This document shows positions 23,339 to 36,194 of a DNA stretch of 64,000 nt, piece after piece. The notes under the pieces were generated by a model. It was not told the DNA's origin. It was given only the letters and a program-made list of their open reading frames with translations, and made no database searches. Location of the stretch: contig CM052816.1 of NCBI GenBank assembly GCA_028534125.1, forward strand, positions 496,001 to 560,000, written 5' to 3'. A program made the position numbers and the translations under genes. The DNA is from Lama glama. Taxonomy: Eukaryota. The stretch's first letter is position 1, and every line of letters begins with the position of its first letter.

Positions 23339-24829
23339 GGTCCTGGGGCTTGTGTCTACCTGCTTGTGTTGGGGTCAGGGCCCAGGGCATCTCAGAGCTG
23401 GTACCCATCCACCGGTAGGTAAAGCTCAGTCCTGTAGCTACTGCTAACCTTCTGGTGGGCAGAGCTGGGTCCTGGAGTCTCTGGCCCTGGGGCCCTGGGG
23501 GTCCTGGAGCTGAAGTTGGCCTGCTGGTGGTTGGTTCTGGTTCCTGACACAACCAGCTGCAGAGTGCATGGTGCACTGAAGCTTGTGGCAGCCCACAGGT
23601 TGGTGGAACCGGATCCCAGGTCAGCTGGCTGAGGGGCTCAAGGTGATTCAGAGCTGGTGGCGGCCTGCTGGTTGGCTGCCGTGTCCTGTCATGGCAGGCT
23701 GCCTGACTGAGGTTGTCCTGGGGCTGGTCTCCATCACCATGTGTGGGGCTGGTCCTAGGGCTAGTGCAGGCCCTCGGTAGCAGAGGGCTGAGACTCAGGG
23801 GATTCCTGGGTTTGTGCTGGTTCATTGGTGGGCATCACTGGATCCTGGAGTCTCTGGTTGCAGGGTGCAGGGGTCTCATAGTTGGGGTGGGCAGGGCTGG
23901 GGCCGGAGCTCCGGGGGCTGGTGTCTGCTTATTGGTTGGTAGGGATGGGTTGCATGATCTCTGGCTACCCGGCCCTGAGTCCAGGGGCTAGGGTATGTAC
24001 ACATGTGTGTGCAGCTGGGCCCTGTGTCCTCTAGTGGACAGGGCTATGTCACAGGGTGGCAGTGGGCTCAGGAATTCTTAAGGCAACCTGCCTGCTGATA
24101 GGTGAGGCTGTGTCCCCATCCTGCTAGATGCCTGGCCTGAGGTGTTCCAGTACTGGTCCTCACAGGCTGGTGGGTGAGTCTGGATCCTGGTGCTAATAAG
24201 GCAGATGGAGGATTCCAAAATAGCCCTTACCAGCACCAGTGTCCATGTGGTAAAGTGAGCTCCCCAAACTGACTGCCTCTTGTCCCATGACAGTGACAGT
24301 TGAGTTGTGTTGCTCAAAGCCAGGTGTGAGGGGGAGCTCCTGCCCTTCTGCTGGACCACAGGTGGCCATGGCCTGGGGCAGACTAATGGCCTCTTAACCC
24401 AGGCTCCTGTCCTGCTGCCTGCCAGGGGCTTGGTTCTCACCACTCACACTGTTGACCTCTGTTTTGAAAAGTGCATTTAAATTATTCAGTGCCATGAATC
24501 GTTGTCTTTTCCTGTGTAAATGTTCATTCATGAAAGAAAAGCAGCCTCAGAAGTTGAAGCTCTGGACCGTCTACCCAGAGCAAAATACTGCTTCCCCAGC
24601 CTTCGCTTGTAAGACGTGTGGATTCCTCTGTGTCTCCAGATACTCCTGTTGTAGTAAGACAGGATCATGAAGAACACTTCTGAATAGTTTCTTTTTTGTT
24701 TCCCTTCATAGCTGAATAAAATAAACCATCTATTACTGTCTGATCAAATAATGTAAAATGATTCCGTGTCAAAGTAAGTAAGATTATTGACTTCAAAAAG
24801 ATATTAAAATCTAAAAAAAAAAAAAAAGG

Positions 24830-25920
24830 AAACAGTCCTTAACTCACTGTCACTCCAGGGCTCAATGCAGAGTGAGTAGAAAGAATCATCCATCTCCCCT
24901 GTCTTCCCCTGAAAGAAGCATATTTTCATATTTTAAAGCTCCAGCTGAGGGTCTGGATTCTAACCACCGGAAGTCTAGGTGCTGACTGAGCTCCTCCCCC
25001 CGGGACACTGATGGGCTTGGCACAGCCTCGGTTACTGGGAGCCACTGAGAATAAAGAAATCTGTTTGGACTGTTGCAAAGGTCTGAGAAACAACCAATAA
25101 TGAGACCAAGATTAAAATGATAAGATTCATCTCATACATGAAGCCACTTCTTTAAGACTGGAAGAGGTGGTTCTTTCTCCTAATGCACAGGAATGAATAC
25201 AGAGTCAAGGAAAATAATGAAACAGAGGAATATGTTCTAAACTAGAGAACAAGACAAAACTTCAGAAAGGACTTGATAAAATGGAGATAAGTGATTTATC
25301 AGATAAAGAGTTCAAAATAATGGTCATAGAGATTTTCACTGAGCTCAGAAGAACAATGCATGAAAAAAGAGACTTTTAACAAAGAGATAGAAAGTATGAG
25401 AAAGTACCCAACAGAAGTCACAGATCTGACAAATGCAGTAATGGAACTGAATACCACAAAGGCGAACAGACCAGAAGAAGTGAAAGAAAGGACCAGTAGA
25501 CTTGAAAACCAGGCAGTGGAACTCATCCAATCAGAGCAGAAGAAAGGAGAAAAATGAAAAGCAGCAAAGAGAGCTTAAGTAACTCATAGGACAATGTCAA
25601 GTACATGAACTTTTGCATTTTAGGGCTTTGTATGGCAGAAGTTTTTCCTTACCTGGGGAAGGAAGCACATATCCAGATCCAAGAATTCCAGAAAGTCTAA
25701 ATAAGGTGAAAAGTTTACAGTCATTTCTTCTAAGATCAGGAACAGTATGGAGATTCGCACTCTAGCCACTTTTACTCAACATATTATTGGAAGTCCTAGC
25801 CAGAGCAATTGGGCAAGAAAATAATACAAAAGGCAACCAAATAGAGGAATAAGCAAAACTTTCACTATTTGCATATGGCATAATATTATATGTAGAAAGC
25901 TCTACAGACATCATCAAAAA
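24830..25920 (+). mobile_element. Old LINE-1, 5' UTR/ORF1/ORF2 part (paralogue of 13790-14940)
   Basis: ORF1-like FNKEIESMRKYPTEV and RT-region similarity. Confidence 0.75.
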
Positions 25921-28900
25921 AGAGAGAGGGTCCATATCATTAAAATCAGAAATGAATCTAAGTAGAAGTTAAAACTGCTAGCACAGAAGTACAGAAGATT
26001 ATAAGACACTACTGCAAACAACTATATGCCAATAAAATAGACAAACTACAATAAATGAGCAAGTTCTTAGAAATTTAAAATCTCCCAAGACTGAACTAGG
26101 AAGAATTAGAAAATATAAACAGCCCAATTACCAGTAATGAAATTTAATCAGTAAGAAAACAAATCTGATCAAACAAAAGTTCAGGACCAGATGGCTTCAC
26201 AGGTGAAGTCTACCAAATATTTAGAGAAGAGTTAACACCGCCTCTTCTCAAACTATTCCAAAAAGTTACAGAGGAAGGAATGCTTCTGAATTCATTCTAT
26301 GAGGCCACCATCACCTTGATACCAAAACCAAAGACATCACAGTAAAAGAAAATTACAGGCCAATATCACAGGTAAACATAGATGTAAAAATCCTAAACAA
26401 ATTCCTAGTGAACAAATTCCAACAACACATTAAAAGGATCATACAACATGATCAAGTGAGATTTACCCTGGGATGCAAGAAGTTTTCAATATCCACAAGT
26501 CAATCACTATGAAACATTCATTAACAAACTGAACAATAAAAACCATATGATTATCTCAATGGATGGAGAAAAAGCTTTGGACAAATTTCAAAATCCATTT
26601 ATGACAAAAGTCTCCAGGCAGTCAGCTTAGAGGGAACATATTTCAACATAAGAAAGGACATATATGACAAACCCATAGTTGGCATCATACTCAATGGTGA
26701 TAAGTTGAAAGCCTTCCCACTAAAATCTGGAACAAGACAAATATATCCACTCTTACCACTTCTATTCAACATAATATTGGAAGTCCTAGCCATAGCAATC
26801 AGACAAGAAAAGAGATAAAAGGGATCCAAACTGGAAGAGAAGACGTAAAATTATAACTGTATGCAGATGACATCATACTATATAAAGGAACCCCTAAAGA
26901 CTCCACACAAAAACTACTAAAGCGGATGAATGAATTCCGCAAGTTAGCAAGATACAAGGTTAAAATGCAGAAATCTGCTGCATTTCTTTACACTAACAAT
27001 GGAATATCAGAAAAGGAAAGTAAAAAAAAAATCTCTTTTAAAATTACTTTTAAAAAAAACACACCACATGTTCGTGGGGAACCTGGTGCTAAACCATTCA
27101 TAGACGACCTGCTTCTGGGTTGGGGTTTCGTACATAGCAGGGCAGCTCCATCGCTGTGATCTATTGAAAGTTAGCCCTCTACACAAGTGTTTGTAAAAAA
27201 CAAAAAAGTAAATAAAATAAAATAAATACATATATGCATAAAAAATAAAATCACTTTAAAAAACAAAATACTTAGGAATAAACCTAACCAAGGAGGTGAA
27301 AAACTTATATGTGGACAACTATAAAACACTATTTAGGGAAATTAAGTATGATTTAGAGAAATGGAAAGAATCCATGTTCTTGGATTGGAAGAATTAATAC
27401 TGTTAAAATAGCCATGCTATCCAAAGCAATCTACAGATTTAATATGATCCGTATAAAATTACCCAGGATATTTTTCACAGAACAAGAAAAATAATCCTAA
27501 AATTTATATGGAATCACCAAAGACCCAGAATTGCCAAAGCAATACTGAAGAAAAAGAACAAAACTGGAGGCATAACCCTTCCAGACTTCAGACAATACTA
27601 CAGAGCTACAGGAATCAAAACAGCATTGTATTTGTACAAAAACAGACATATAGATCAATGGAACAGAATAAAGAGCCCAGAAATAAACCCACAGACTTCT
27701 GGTCAAGCAATCTTTGACAAAGGACACAAGAACACACAGTGGAGTAAAGACAGTCTCTTCAGCAAATGGTGGTGGGAAAACTGTACAGAGGCATGTAAAT
27801 CAGTGATGTTAGAGCAATCTCTTACCCCGACACAAAATAAACTCTAAATGGCTTAAAGACTTAAACATCAGACAAGACACTATAAACCTTCTAGAAAAGA
27901 ACATAGGCAAAACATTCTCTGACATAAATCTTAGCAATGTTCTCCTAGGGCAGGCTATCAAACCAATAGAAATAAAAGCAAAAATAAAAAAGTGGGACCT
28001 AATTAAACTTATAAGCTTTTGCATGGCAATTAAACTTATAAGCTCTGTTAAGCAAAACAAAAAGATAACCTATAGAAATGGAGAAAATATTTGCACAAGA
28101 TGCAACTGACAGGGGTTTAATTTCCAGAATATATAAACTGCTCCATACAACTTAGTAATAATGAAAAAGAAACAGCCCAATCATGAAATGGGCAGAAGAC
28201 CTAAACACACATTTATCCAATGAAGACATGCAAATGGCCAACAGGCACATGAAAAAATGCTCATTATCACTAACTATCAGAGAAATGCACATCAAATGTA
28301 CAATGAGGTATCACCTCACATGAGTCAGAATGGCTACCATTAAAATGTCCACAAACGATAAGTGTTGGAGAAGGTATAGAGGAAAGGGAACCCTCCTACA
28401 CTGCTGGTGGAAACGTAGTTTGATGTAGCCATTATGGAAAACGGTATGGAGATTCCTTAAAAAACTGAAAATAGAATTACTCTATGATCCAGGAATCCCA
28501 TTCCTGGGCATATATCCAGAGAAAACTCTAATTCAAAAAGGTACATGCACCTGATATTCATAGCAGTAGTTTTTACAATAGCCAAGACATGGAAACAACT
28601 TAAATGTTCATTAACAGATGGCTGGATAAAGAGGGTGTGGTGTATATATATATATATATGGGTGTGTGTGTGTGTGTGTATAATGGAATACTACTCAGCA
28701 ATAAAAATAATAAAATTGTACCATTTGTTACCACATGGATAGATCTGGAGACTGTCATACTAAGTCATACTGAGCCAGAAAGAGAAAGACAAATCCCATA
28801 GGATATCACTTATATGGAATCTAAAAAAAATGCCACAAATGAACTTATCTACAAAATAGAAACAGAGTCACAGGCATAGAAAATGCACTCATGATTACCA

Positions 28901-29147
28901 GAGGTGGTGGGGGGAGGCATAAATTGGGAATTTGGGATTTGGAGATACTAATTACTCTAGGTAACATAGATAAACAACAAGATCCTCATGTATAACACAG
29001 GGAACTACATTCAGTAGCTTGTAACAGCCCATAATGAGACAGAATATGAAAAAAACAGAATAGATAGATAGATAGATAAAACTGAATCACTGTGCTGTAC
29101 ACCAGAAATTAACACAACATTGTAAATCGACTCTACGTCAATTGAAA
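25920..29147 (+). mobile_element. Younger 5'-truncated LINE-1 (ORF2 RT to 3' UTR) inserted in the older L1
   Basis: caggaccagatggcttcacaggtgaa (GPDGFTGE), tatgcagatgac (YADD), gatcaatggaacagaata (DQWNRI) and a 3' UTR like 11200-11440. Multiple stops and frameshifts. Confidence 0.9.
27060..27194 (+). pseudogene. Retroposed 3' end of 28S rRNA (SINE28-like) with A-rich tail and TSD
   Basis: GTTCGTGGGGAACCTGGTGCTAAACCATTCATAGACGACCTGCTTCTGGGT...GATCTATTGAAAGTTAGCCCTCTACACAAGTGTTTGT matches the mammalian 28S terminus, with mostly CpG-decay differences. Tail 27195-27246. TSD aaaattacttttaaaaaaaac / aaaatcactttaaaaaac. Confidence 0.93.
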
Positions 29148-31260
29148 AACATCAGTTGTGTTTCTACACATAATCAGAAAGAGAAAGTAAGGAAACAATC
29201 CCATTTATAATTATGTCAATGAGAATAAAATACCCAGGAATAAATTTAACCAAGTTGGTGAAAGATCTGTATGCTGAAAACTACAAGACATTAATGATAG
29301 AAACTGAAGACACAAATAAATGGAAACATACTCCATGCTCTTGGATTGGAAGAATTAATGTTGTTAAAATGTTCAGACTATCCAAAGAAATTCTAAGGAT
29401 GCCATGCAATCCTTATCAAAATTCCAATGGCGTTTTCTAAAGAAATAAACAATGCTAAAATTTTGATAGAACTAAAAAAAGACCCAAATAGCCAAAGCAA
29501 CCTTGAGAAATAAGAACAAAGCTGGACGCATCATGCTTCCTGGCTTCAGACTCTTACAGAGGTATACCAGTCAACATCATGCTATTGGCATTAAAAACAG
29601 GCACACAGAGGTTTCTGCGCGCTTCCCTTGCAGCAGCATTGGCAGCTGGAATGATGCAGGGCCGGAGTTGCCTCACCTTCTTTCTCCGGAATGTGGCCAT
29701 CACCAGTGCTGTGATGCAGCATGCACTGCCATGGACAGAAGATTAAAAAAAAAAAAGACACATAGATAAATGGAACAAAATACAGATCCAAGGAACAAAT
29801 CCATACATATAAGGTCGATGAATATACTACATTGGAGCCAAGACTATTCAATGGGGAAAGGACACTGTCTTCAATAAATGGCGTTGGGGACAGTGTGCAA
29901 GCACATGCACGGAATGAAACTGGACCAATATCTTTTTCTGTGTATGTGGGCATCACATCATTTTTTTTTTGAAGTGGACCAATCTCTTAACACCATTCAG
30001 AACACTTAACTCTAAATAGATTAAACACTTGAACATAAGAGGTAAAACCGTAAGACTCCTAGAAGGAAACATAGGCAGTTAGTCACCAAAAGCAAAGACA
30101 ACAAAAGCAAAAATAAAAAAGTGAGACTACTTAAAACCACAAAGTTTCTGCACCACAAAGGAAATCACCAACAATGTGCACAGCCAACCTACCAAATGAG
30201 AGAGAATATTTTGCAAATCTTATATTTGATAAGGGGTAATATCTCAAATATTTTATTAAAAACTCACATGATTCAATAGCAAAAAACAAATAACCTTATT
30301 TTGAAATGGCAGAGGATCTGAATGGACGTTTTCCAGGGAATACATGCAGATAGCCAACAGGTGCACAAAAAGATGCTCAACGTCACTAATTATCCAAGAT
30401 ACACAAATCAGACATGTCACCTGACACCTGTTAGAATGGCTGTCATCAAAGATAAGAAATAACAAGTGAAGGTGAGGAACAGGAGGAAAGGGGACCCTTG
30501 TGGTCTACTGCAAATGTAAATTGGTGTATCCACTCCGGAAAACAGTATGGAGTTTCCTCAAAAAATTAAAAATAGAACAACTCTATGACCCAGCAATTTC
30601 ATTTCTGGGTATTATCTGACAGAAATAAAAAAACACTAACTCATAAAGATACCTGCACTCTCATTTTCACTGCAGCATTATTTATAATAACTAAGACTTG
30701 GAAACAACTTGGATGTCCATTGATGGGTGAATATATATATAGTGAAATATTATTCAGCCATAAAAAGGAGAAAAGCATGACGTTTGCATCAGCATGGGTG
30801 GACTGTGAGGGCATTTTGGTAAGTGAAATAAGTGAGACAGAGAAAGACAAGTACTGTATGGTCTCACTTTACATGTGAAGTCTAAAAAAGAAAAAAGAAA
30901 ACAAATGTCAAGAACAGATAGGTGGTTCTCAGAGGCAGCAGCCGAGGGATGGGTGAAATGGGTCAAGAAGTACACACTTTCAGTTACCTAACAAATAAAT
31001 CATGAGCATGCAATGGACAGCAGGATGATGAGAGTTAACAGTACTGTAATACGGATTTGAAAGTTGCTAACAGAGTAAATCTTAAAAGTTCTCATCACAA
31101 GAAAAAAATTCTATGTGTGGTAATAAATATTAACTGGACATATTGTGGTGACCATTTCATAATATGTACATATTTGAAGTCATTACCTTGTACACTTGGA
31201 ACTGGTATACTGTTATATGTCAATTAAATCTAAATTTTAAAATTTAAAAAATAAAATTAA
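29148..31260 (+). mobile_element. Continuation of the old LINE-1 (ORF2 3' half and 3' UTR)
   Basis: IKYPGINLTKLVKDLYAENYKTL...[13 protein letters not shown]; the 3' UTR is paralogous to 14995-15360. Confidence 0.85.
29610..29756 (+). other. Unidentified GC-rich retroposed insert with A-tail and TSD
   Basis: About 135 nt of non-L1 sequence plus a poly-A, between aaaaacaggcacacaga (29593-29609) and aaaaaaagacacataga (29750-29766). Confidence 0.75.
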
Positions 31261-32426
31261 AGACAGAAAATTCTTGGCATGTTGCTGGATACATCACCAA
31301 GTGATACTGTATCTGGAACCACCCATTAAAATCTGGGTTCTGTCACCCCACCAAGTCAAAAAGGTCCAGCAGGAGTCTCTCATAAGATGGAAATGGTCAT
31401 TTGGGATCAGGCCAAAGCAGGAGCAGAGGGTCCAGCCTGCAGGCACAGGTAGCTGAGGGAAAGGAGGAGAATGAAGGTGTTTTCTTCCCGCACTACATCA
31501 ATTCCACTGGCTTAATAACTAATTACATCTTGAGTGAGGAGAGTTGTGTAAATATATATAGCTATAAGATGCAAGAAGATTTACTAAAATTATTAAATTG
31601 AGACTATTCTTATAACTTAGAATGAGCAGGGTCTTTTCACTGGCTAAGGGGGGCAAATCAGCTGTAATGATTTCCTGAGATTTCGTCCAAGGGCAGGAAA
31701 GAAATGTAGGGGACAGAACAGGTGTAAGGGGAGTATCTTGCATTTTCCTGATGAATCCACCAAACCCCAGATGTTCAGCATACCAGTAGGATAAGGTTTT
31801 ATTCTTCCCTTTTAAGGTAGAGTATGGGATTTGTATATATTTATACTTATTATCGTAACTAATTATAGGAGCCAAATACACAATAAAACAAATTTATACT
31901 GAAGAGTATGAGCTTATAACACCTAACAAATATTTAAATAAGTTTTGCCTCATCATCTGGTAGTTTAACATGCCCCTTTCCTTAACATTACAAAAAGTAC
32001 CAGTTAATATTAATTTTAGACTTTGGAATTCATCTAACCCTGGTTCATAAAGTAATTTTCATTTATTGCATTTCAAATAATCTTGCTGCTTTTAATACTA
32101 AGCCAACTCAAGGAAGCTGAGTTCATTTTGAGATCCAGATGTGGAGTCTTATTTTAGTTATAGAAAATGTCTAATAACTTCAGAGATTTCAGTCTAAATT
32201 TAATTAAAAGTACAAAATAATTTTATTAATATTTTCCTAACTTAATAATGCCCCAATGAAAAGTAAAGGAATCTCCATCAGATGCTTAGAAAATCACATA
32301 TTTACATAGACCTGCAATCTTCTTGGCTTTCTGAAAATACACAACACCATTCTGGTATTTAAATTTTGACCGGTAGCTTTGCCCGTGGTCACAAGCATGT
32401 TCTTTTCACAGCTGGGAAGTCCCGCT

Positions 32427-32926
32427 NNNNNNNNNNNNNNNNNNNNNNNNNNNNNNNNNNNNNNNNNNNNNNNNNNNNNNNNNNNNNNNNNNNNNNNNNN
32501 NNNNNNNNNNNNNNNNNNNNNNNNNNNNNNNNNNNNNNNNNNNNNNNNNNNNNNNNNNNNNNNNNNNNNNNNNNNNNNNNNNNNNNNNNNNNNNNNNNNN
32601 NNNNNNNNNNNNNNNNNNNNNNNNNNNNNNNNNNNNNNNNNNNNNNNNNNNNNNNNNNNNNNNNNNNNNNNNNNNNNNNNNNNNNNNNNNNNNNNNNNNN
32701 NNNNNNNNNNNNNNNNNNNNNNNNNNNNNNNNNNNNNNNNNNNNNNNNNNNNNNNNNNNNNNNNNNNNNNNNNNNNNNNNNNNNNNNNNNNNNNNNNNNN
32801 NNNNNNNNNNNNNNNNNNNNNNNNNNNNNNNNNNNNNNNNNNNNNNNNNNNNNNNNNNNNNNNNNNNNNNNNNNNNNNNNNNNNNNNNNNNNNNNNNNNN
32901 NNNNNNNNNNNNNNNNNNNNNNNNNN
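32427..32926. other. Assembly gap (500 N)
   Basis: Run of exactly 500 N. Confidence 1.
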
Positions 32927-32939
32927 AAAAAAAAACAAA

Positions 32940-33253
32940 AACCCAACTGCCATTTCCGAGGTCTCGGGAGCAAAAGCAGGGTACTGGCCATGATTCCTGC
33001 AGGCAGCACCACCATGGAGGTGGGCAGACTATCTAAGCCACCCCTCTGGCCCCACCTACCCCTGGAGATGTATCTACCCTCAGCCCGTTTAAGGGACCAG
33101 TTTGCTCCCCTTCAAGGATCAAGCAAGTGAACATATTACTTGTTTTTCCTTCCTCCTGCTGCAGCACAAGTCTCAATAAAGCCTTGCCTGAATTTCTCTC
33201 TGATCTCTTAACAATCTTGATCGATTAGAGGCCAAGAATAGTGGTCAGTAACA
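32940..33253 (+). mobile_element. ERV LTR, 3' part (5' end in gap)
   Basis: ctcAATAAAgccttgcctgaattt followed by gccaagaa...gtaaCA terminus, typical R/U5 organisation. Confidence 0.65.
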
Positions 33254-33945
33254 TAATGAAGAAAAAAACAATCTCCCATGCAGGAGAATTCCAAAAAATT
33301 TATGTAGATACTTCATCCCTCAAGAAGGTGGAGATTAGTTTCCCTCCTACCTTGAATATACATTGTATTTAGTGACTTGCTCCCAAAGAATATGGTATCA
33401 AATAGGGCGGAAAGTAGCTTTACAGAAGGGACACCTGGCAAACACCACACAGCCAAGGGACCAAGATTAACATCACCAGTGATGAGTCATGTAGACGTTA
33501 CGCACTTTCTCTCTGCAGTGTTCTTCCCCAAAACCTACAACCTTAGCCTAATCGTAAGAAAAACATCTGACAAAGAGAAATAGAGGGGTATACTACCAAA
33601 TCATTCAGTACTCCTCCAAACTGTTGAGGCCATTACAAGCAGTCTGAATAATGCTCACTGCTTAGAGGAGCCTAAGGAGATACACTGACTAAATACAATG
33701 TGATGTCCTGAAAGGGATTTTGAGTGAGGAAAAGGACATTAGGGGGAAAAAATAAGTGAAATCTGAATACAGTATAGAATTTAATATTAATATTAGTTGT
33801 ACTAAAGAATCAACTTGGATTCCATAGCAATTAAGGTGTTCACAGTGGGGATAACTGGGCGAGGGATTTATGAGAACTCTCCGTCGTGTCTTTGCCCTTC
33901 TCTGTTAATCTAGAACATTTCAAAAATTGAAAGTGTGCTTTAAGA
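33254..33945 (+). mobile_element. Old LINE-1 3' UTR (L1MC/MD-like)
   Basis: gaattccaaaaaatttatgtagata...tagtgacttgctcccaaaga...acctggcaaacacc...aaaaggacattagggg...tgagaactctccgt. Confidence 0.6.
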
Positions 33946-34049
33946 TATAATTGGTCTTTTAAAAGTGTCTAGCTTGATGAACTTGTTAAATTTTCTTTTG
34001 AATCAGAGATTTATTTGGATTCATATTTAGGCGGAAAACGTCACAAAAA

Positions 34050-34674
34050 TGTTAGAGCAGGCAGATAGCTAGATAAGAGCTGAGAAAGGAGGGGCACAGG
34101 CCAAATGCAGGAAACCACACATCATATGAGCACCAGGGATCCCTGGGCAGAGAAGGAAAAGCAGGAACCTTTGGGCTGATAAGGGGTCACAATTTTTGGG
34201 GTGATGAGTGGCCTGGAGACCAACAAAGAAAGGTGAGAAAAGGCAGGAATTTCCAGTGTCCGAAGGTGACCTTTTGCTTATTATGCCCTCATTTCAATAA
34301 AATTAGCCTTGCAGATCAGAAGTACCCATCATGCATCGACACCATGACACTTCCGATCCAGACTAAATTAGGACAAAAATCCCTCCTCCCTTTGGGAAGG
34401 TGGAGTTGAGATGATAATCAGGGAATACGACATGACCCCAAACCCTTCCCTCCCCAAGGAATATTCCACCCATTCATTTTTACACCCTATGTAGCTAACT
34501 TGCCAAAGAAACTCGGGGCAGTCACTCACCTGAGCCTGCCCGCTCTCCCCTGAGAGTGTACTATCCATCCTTTAATAAATCCTCACTTTACTTTTTTAAC
34601 CACTGCATCTTGTCTCTGAATTCTTTCTGGGACGGGACAAGAACCTGGAATACCGGTTGCATCTACTGGCAACA
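34050..34674 (+). mobile_element. Solo ERV1-type LTR (625 bp)
   Basis: TGTT...AACA termini; 4-bp TSD AAAA (34046-34049 and 34675-34678); internal AATAAA at about 34574 followed by U5-like gacaagaacct. Confidence 0.85.
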
Positions 34675-35254
34675 AAAATGCTGCCAAATAGGGTCTGGCA
34701 GCCCAAAGTACTTGGCTGGAGCTCAAATGCAACCATTCTCAGCAGCAGCAAAGGTGACTGTGTGAGGAAGGAAAAAGGGGTAAAGGTACGGAAAAGGAAT
34801 AAACCCTGCCCACACACAAGATGTTCCCACATTTCCTTTAATTCTTCAAGGCCCTTGCTGAGTGTATCTTTAACAATGTGGCCAATTAAATGTGTACTCA
34901 TTCTAATATCTTTCTTTTATCTCATAACATCTGTTAATTACAGAAGCTTCTTCCCTGGGTAGGAGTTGGGAATGCAATAATTTAGTGCCCAAATCATACT
35001 CATGTCTCCTGTGCTGGCTGTACATTTTAAGTTTCCTTCTATATCCCAGCATCACTCCCCGTCCATCCCCACAGCTCCTATATCCAGCAAAACTTATGAA
35101 TTAGTTACTTTTTTGTAAAAGCCATGTTAGTCCAAATGCCTTGACCCCATATATAGTTTCCTATGCTTAAGTTTTCCTCAGTCCTCTTTTCATTCATTCC
35201 TACATACTAAGTTTCAACTCAGATGTTGTCGGTCCCATAAAACCATTCTTTGAT

Positions 35255-35733
35255 TGTTGACTGAAATAAACGCGCAGCCTAAAAGTTAAGAGTTATGTTT
35301 TATTTGGCCGGAGGACTCGAGCCGGGATGACAGCCCCTCAGATGGCTCTGAGGGACTGCTCCGAAGAGGTAGGGGAGGAGCAGGATATATAGAAGTTTTA
35401 TAACAAAGGCCAGGTAGTTGGAACAATAAAAGATTACTTGTTATCTAAAGAAAACTAGGCATCTCAAGTTAAAGAATTTAGCACTTTTCTATGTACGGGA
35501 GGAAGCAAACATTAGGGCTCATTGAATTCATTCCTTTGACAAGCACCTGGCTATCTAGGGCCAGTGTCCTGTCCTTTCTTATTCTGAGTCCCCTCAGGGT
35601 GCACCACTGTGAGTGGCTGCAGAGGCTGGGCTGCAGGCTTGTCTTCACAGGGGGGGTGGCGGCAGCTGCTGATGACTTGATGGCTTCAGCATTCTTTGTT
35701 TACTGATATGGTTTGCAGTATTCCTCGTTCACA
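35255..35733 (-). mobile_element. Solo ERV1-type LTR, MER41-like (479 bp)
   Basis: TGT...ACA termini with a perfect 4-bp TSD TGAT (35251-35254 and 35734-35737). Minus-strand AATAAA at about 35299. ctctgagggactgctccgaagaggt is as recalled for artiodactyl MER41-like LTRs. Confidence 0.85.
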
Positions 35734-36072
35734 TGATCATCCCCCAATTTTCCATTTAGATGACTTAGCCTTTCCTTCCATATGTTGCTACAGTGATGTT
35801 TACACGATTTTACTGTGGTACTCATCCCCCATATCATAATACCTTGTTTTCCATAATCAGTGTTTTCCCAATTTAGCAGGCTTTAGTGCGTTTATTATTT
35901 TTCTCCATTTTGAATTCCCAGCATATAGTAGAACATTTGTTGATTCTAGTGAAATTCCACTTAATTAGTAGTGTCAAGTTGGTGCCTACTAAGAATAAGA
36001 TAATCTACCAAAAAAGTAGGGAGTCAGAGGACTTTGGCAAAAACCTGGGCTTCCATAGTTTACAATCTCATT

Positions 36073-36194
36073 GTTTTTTGTCTGTTTGTTTAATTTTATT
36101 TTATTGAGTTATATTCAGTTTACAATGTTGTGTCAATTTCCAGTGTAGAGCACAATTTTTCAGTTATACACGAACATACATATATATTCACTGG
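36073..36194 (-). mobile_element. LINE-1 3' tail with 10-bp TSD
   Basis: TSD CAATCTCATT at 36063-36072 and 36195-36204. Confidence 0.85.

Larger units (their letters stand above)
23336..32426 (+). repeat. Segmental duplication copy B, expanded by a further L1 insertion and retained ORF2
   Basis: Same order of GC-rich monomers, unique segment, L1 ORF1/ORF2, L1 3' UTR and unique sequence as 12170-16548. Confidence 0.9.

Noticed and set aside
25920..31260. Possible active LINE-1
   Set aside because: ORF2 is broken by many stops, frameshifts and nested inserts; there is no long ORF.
35255..35733. Interferon-inducible STAT1 enhancer as reported for MER41 elements
   Set aside because: I found no TTCnnnGAA GAS motif in this copy.
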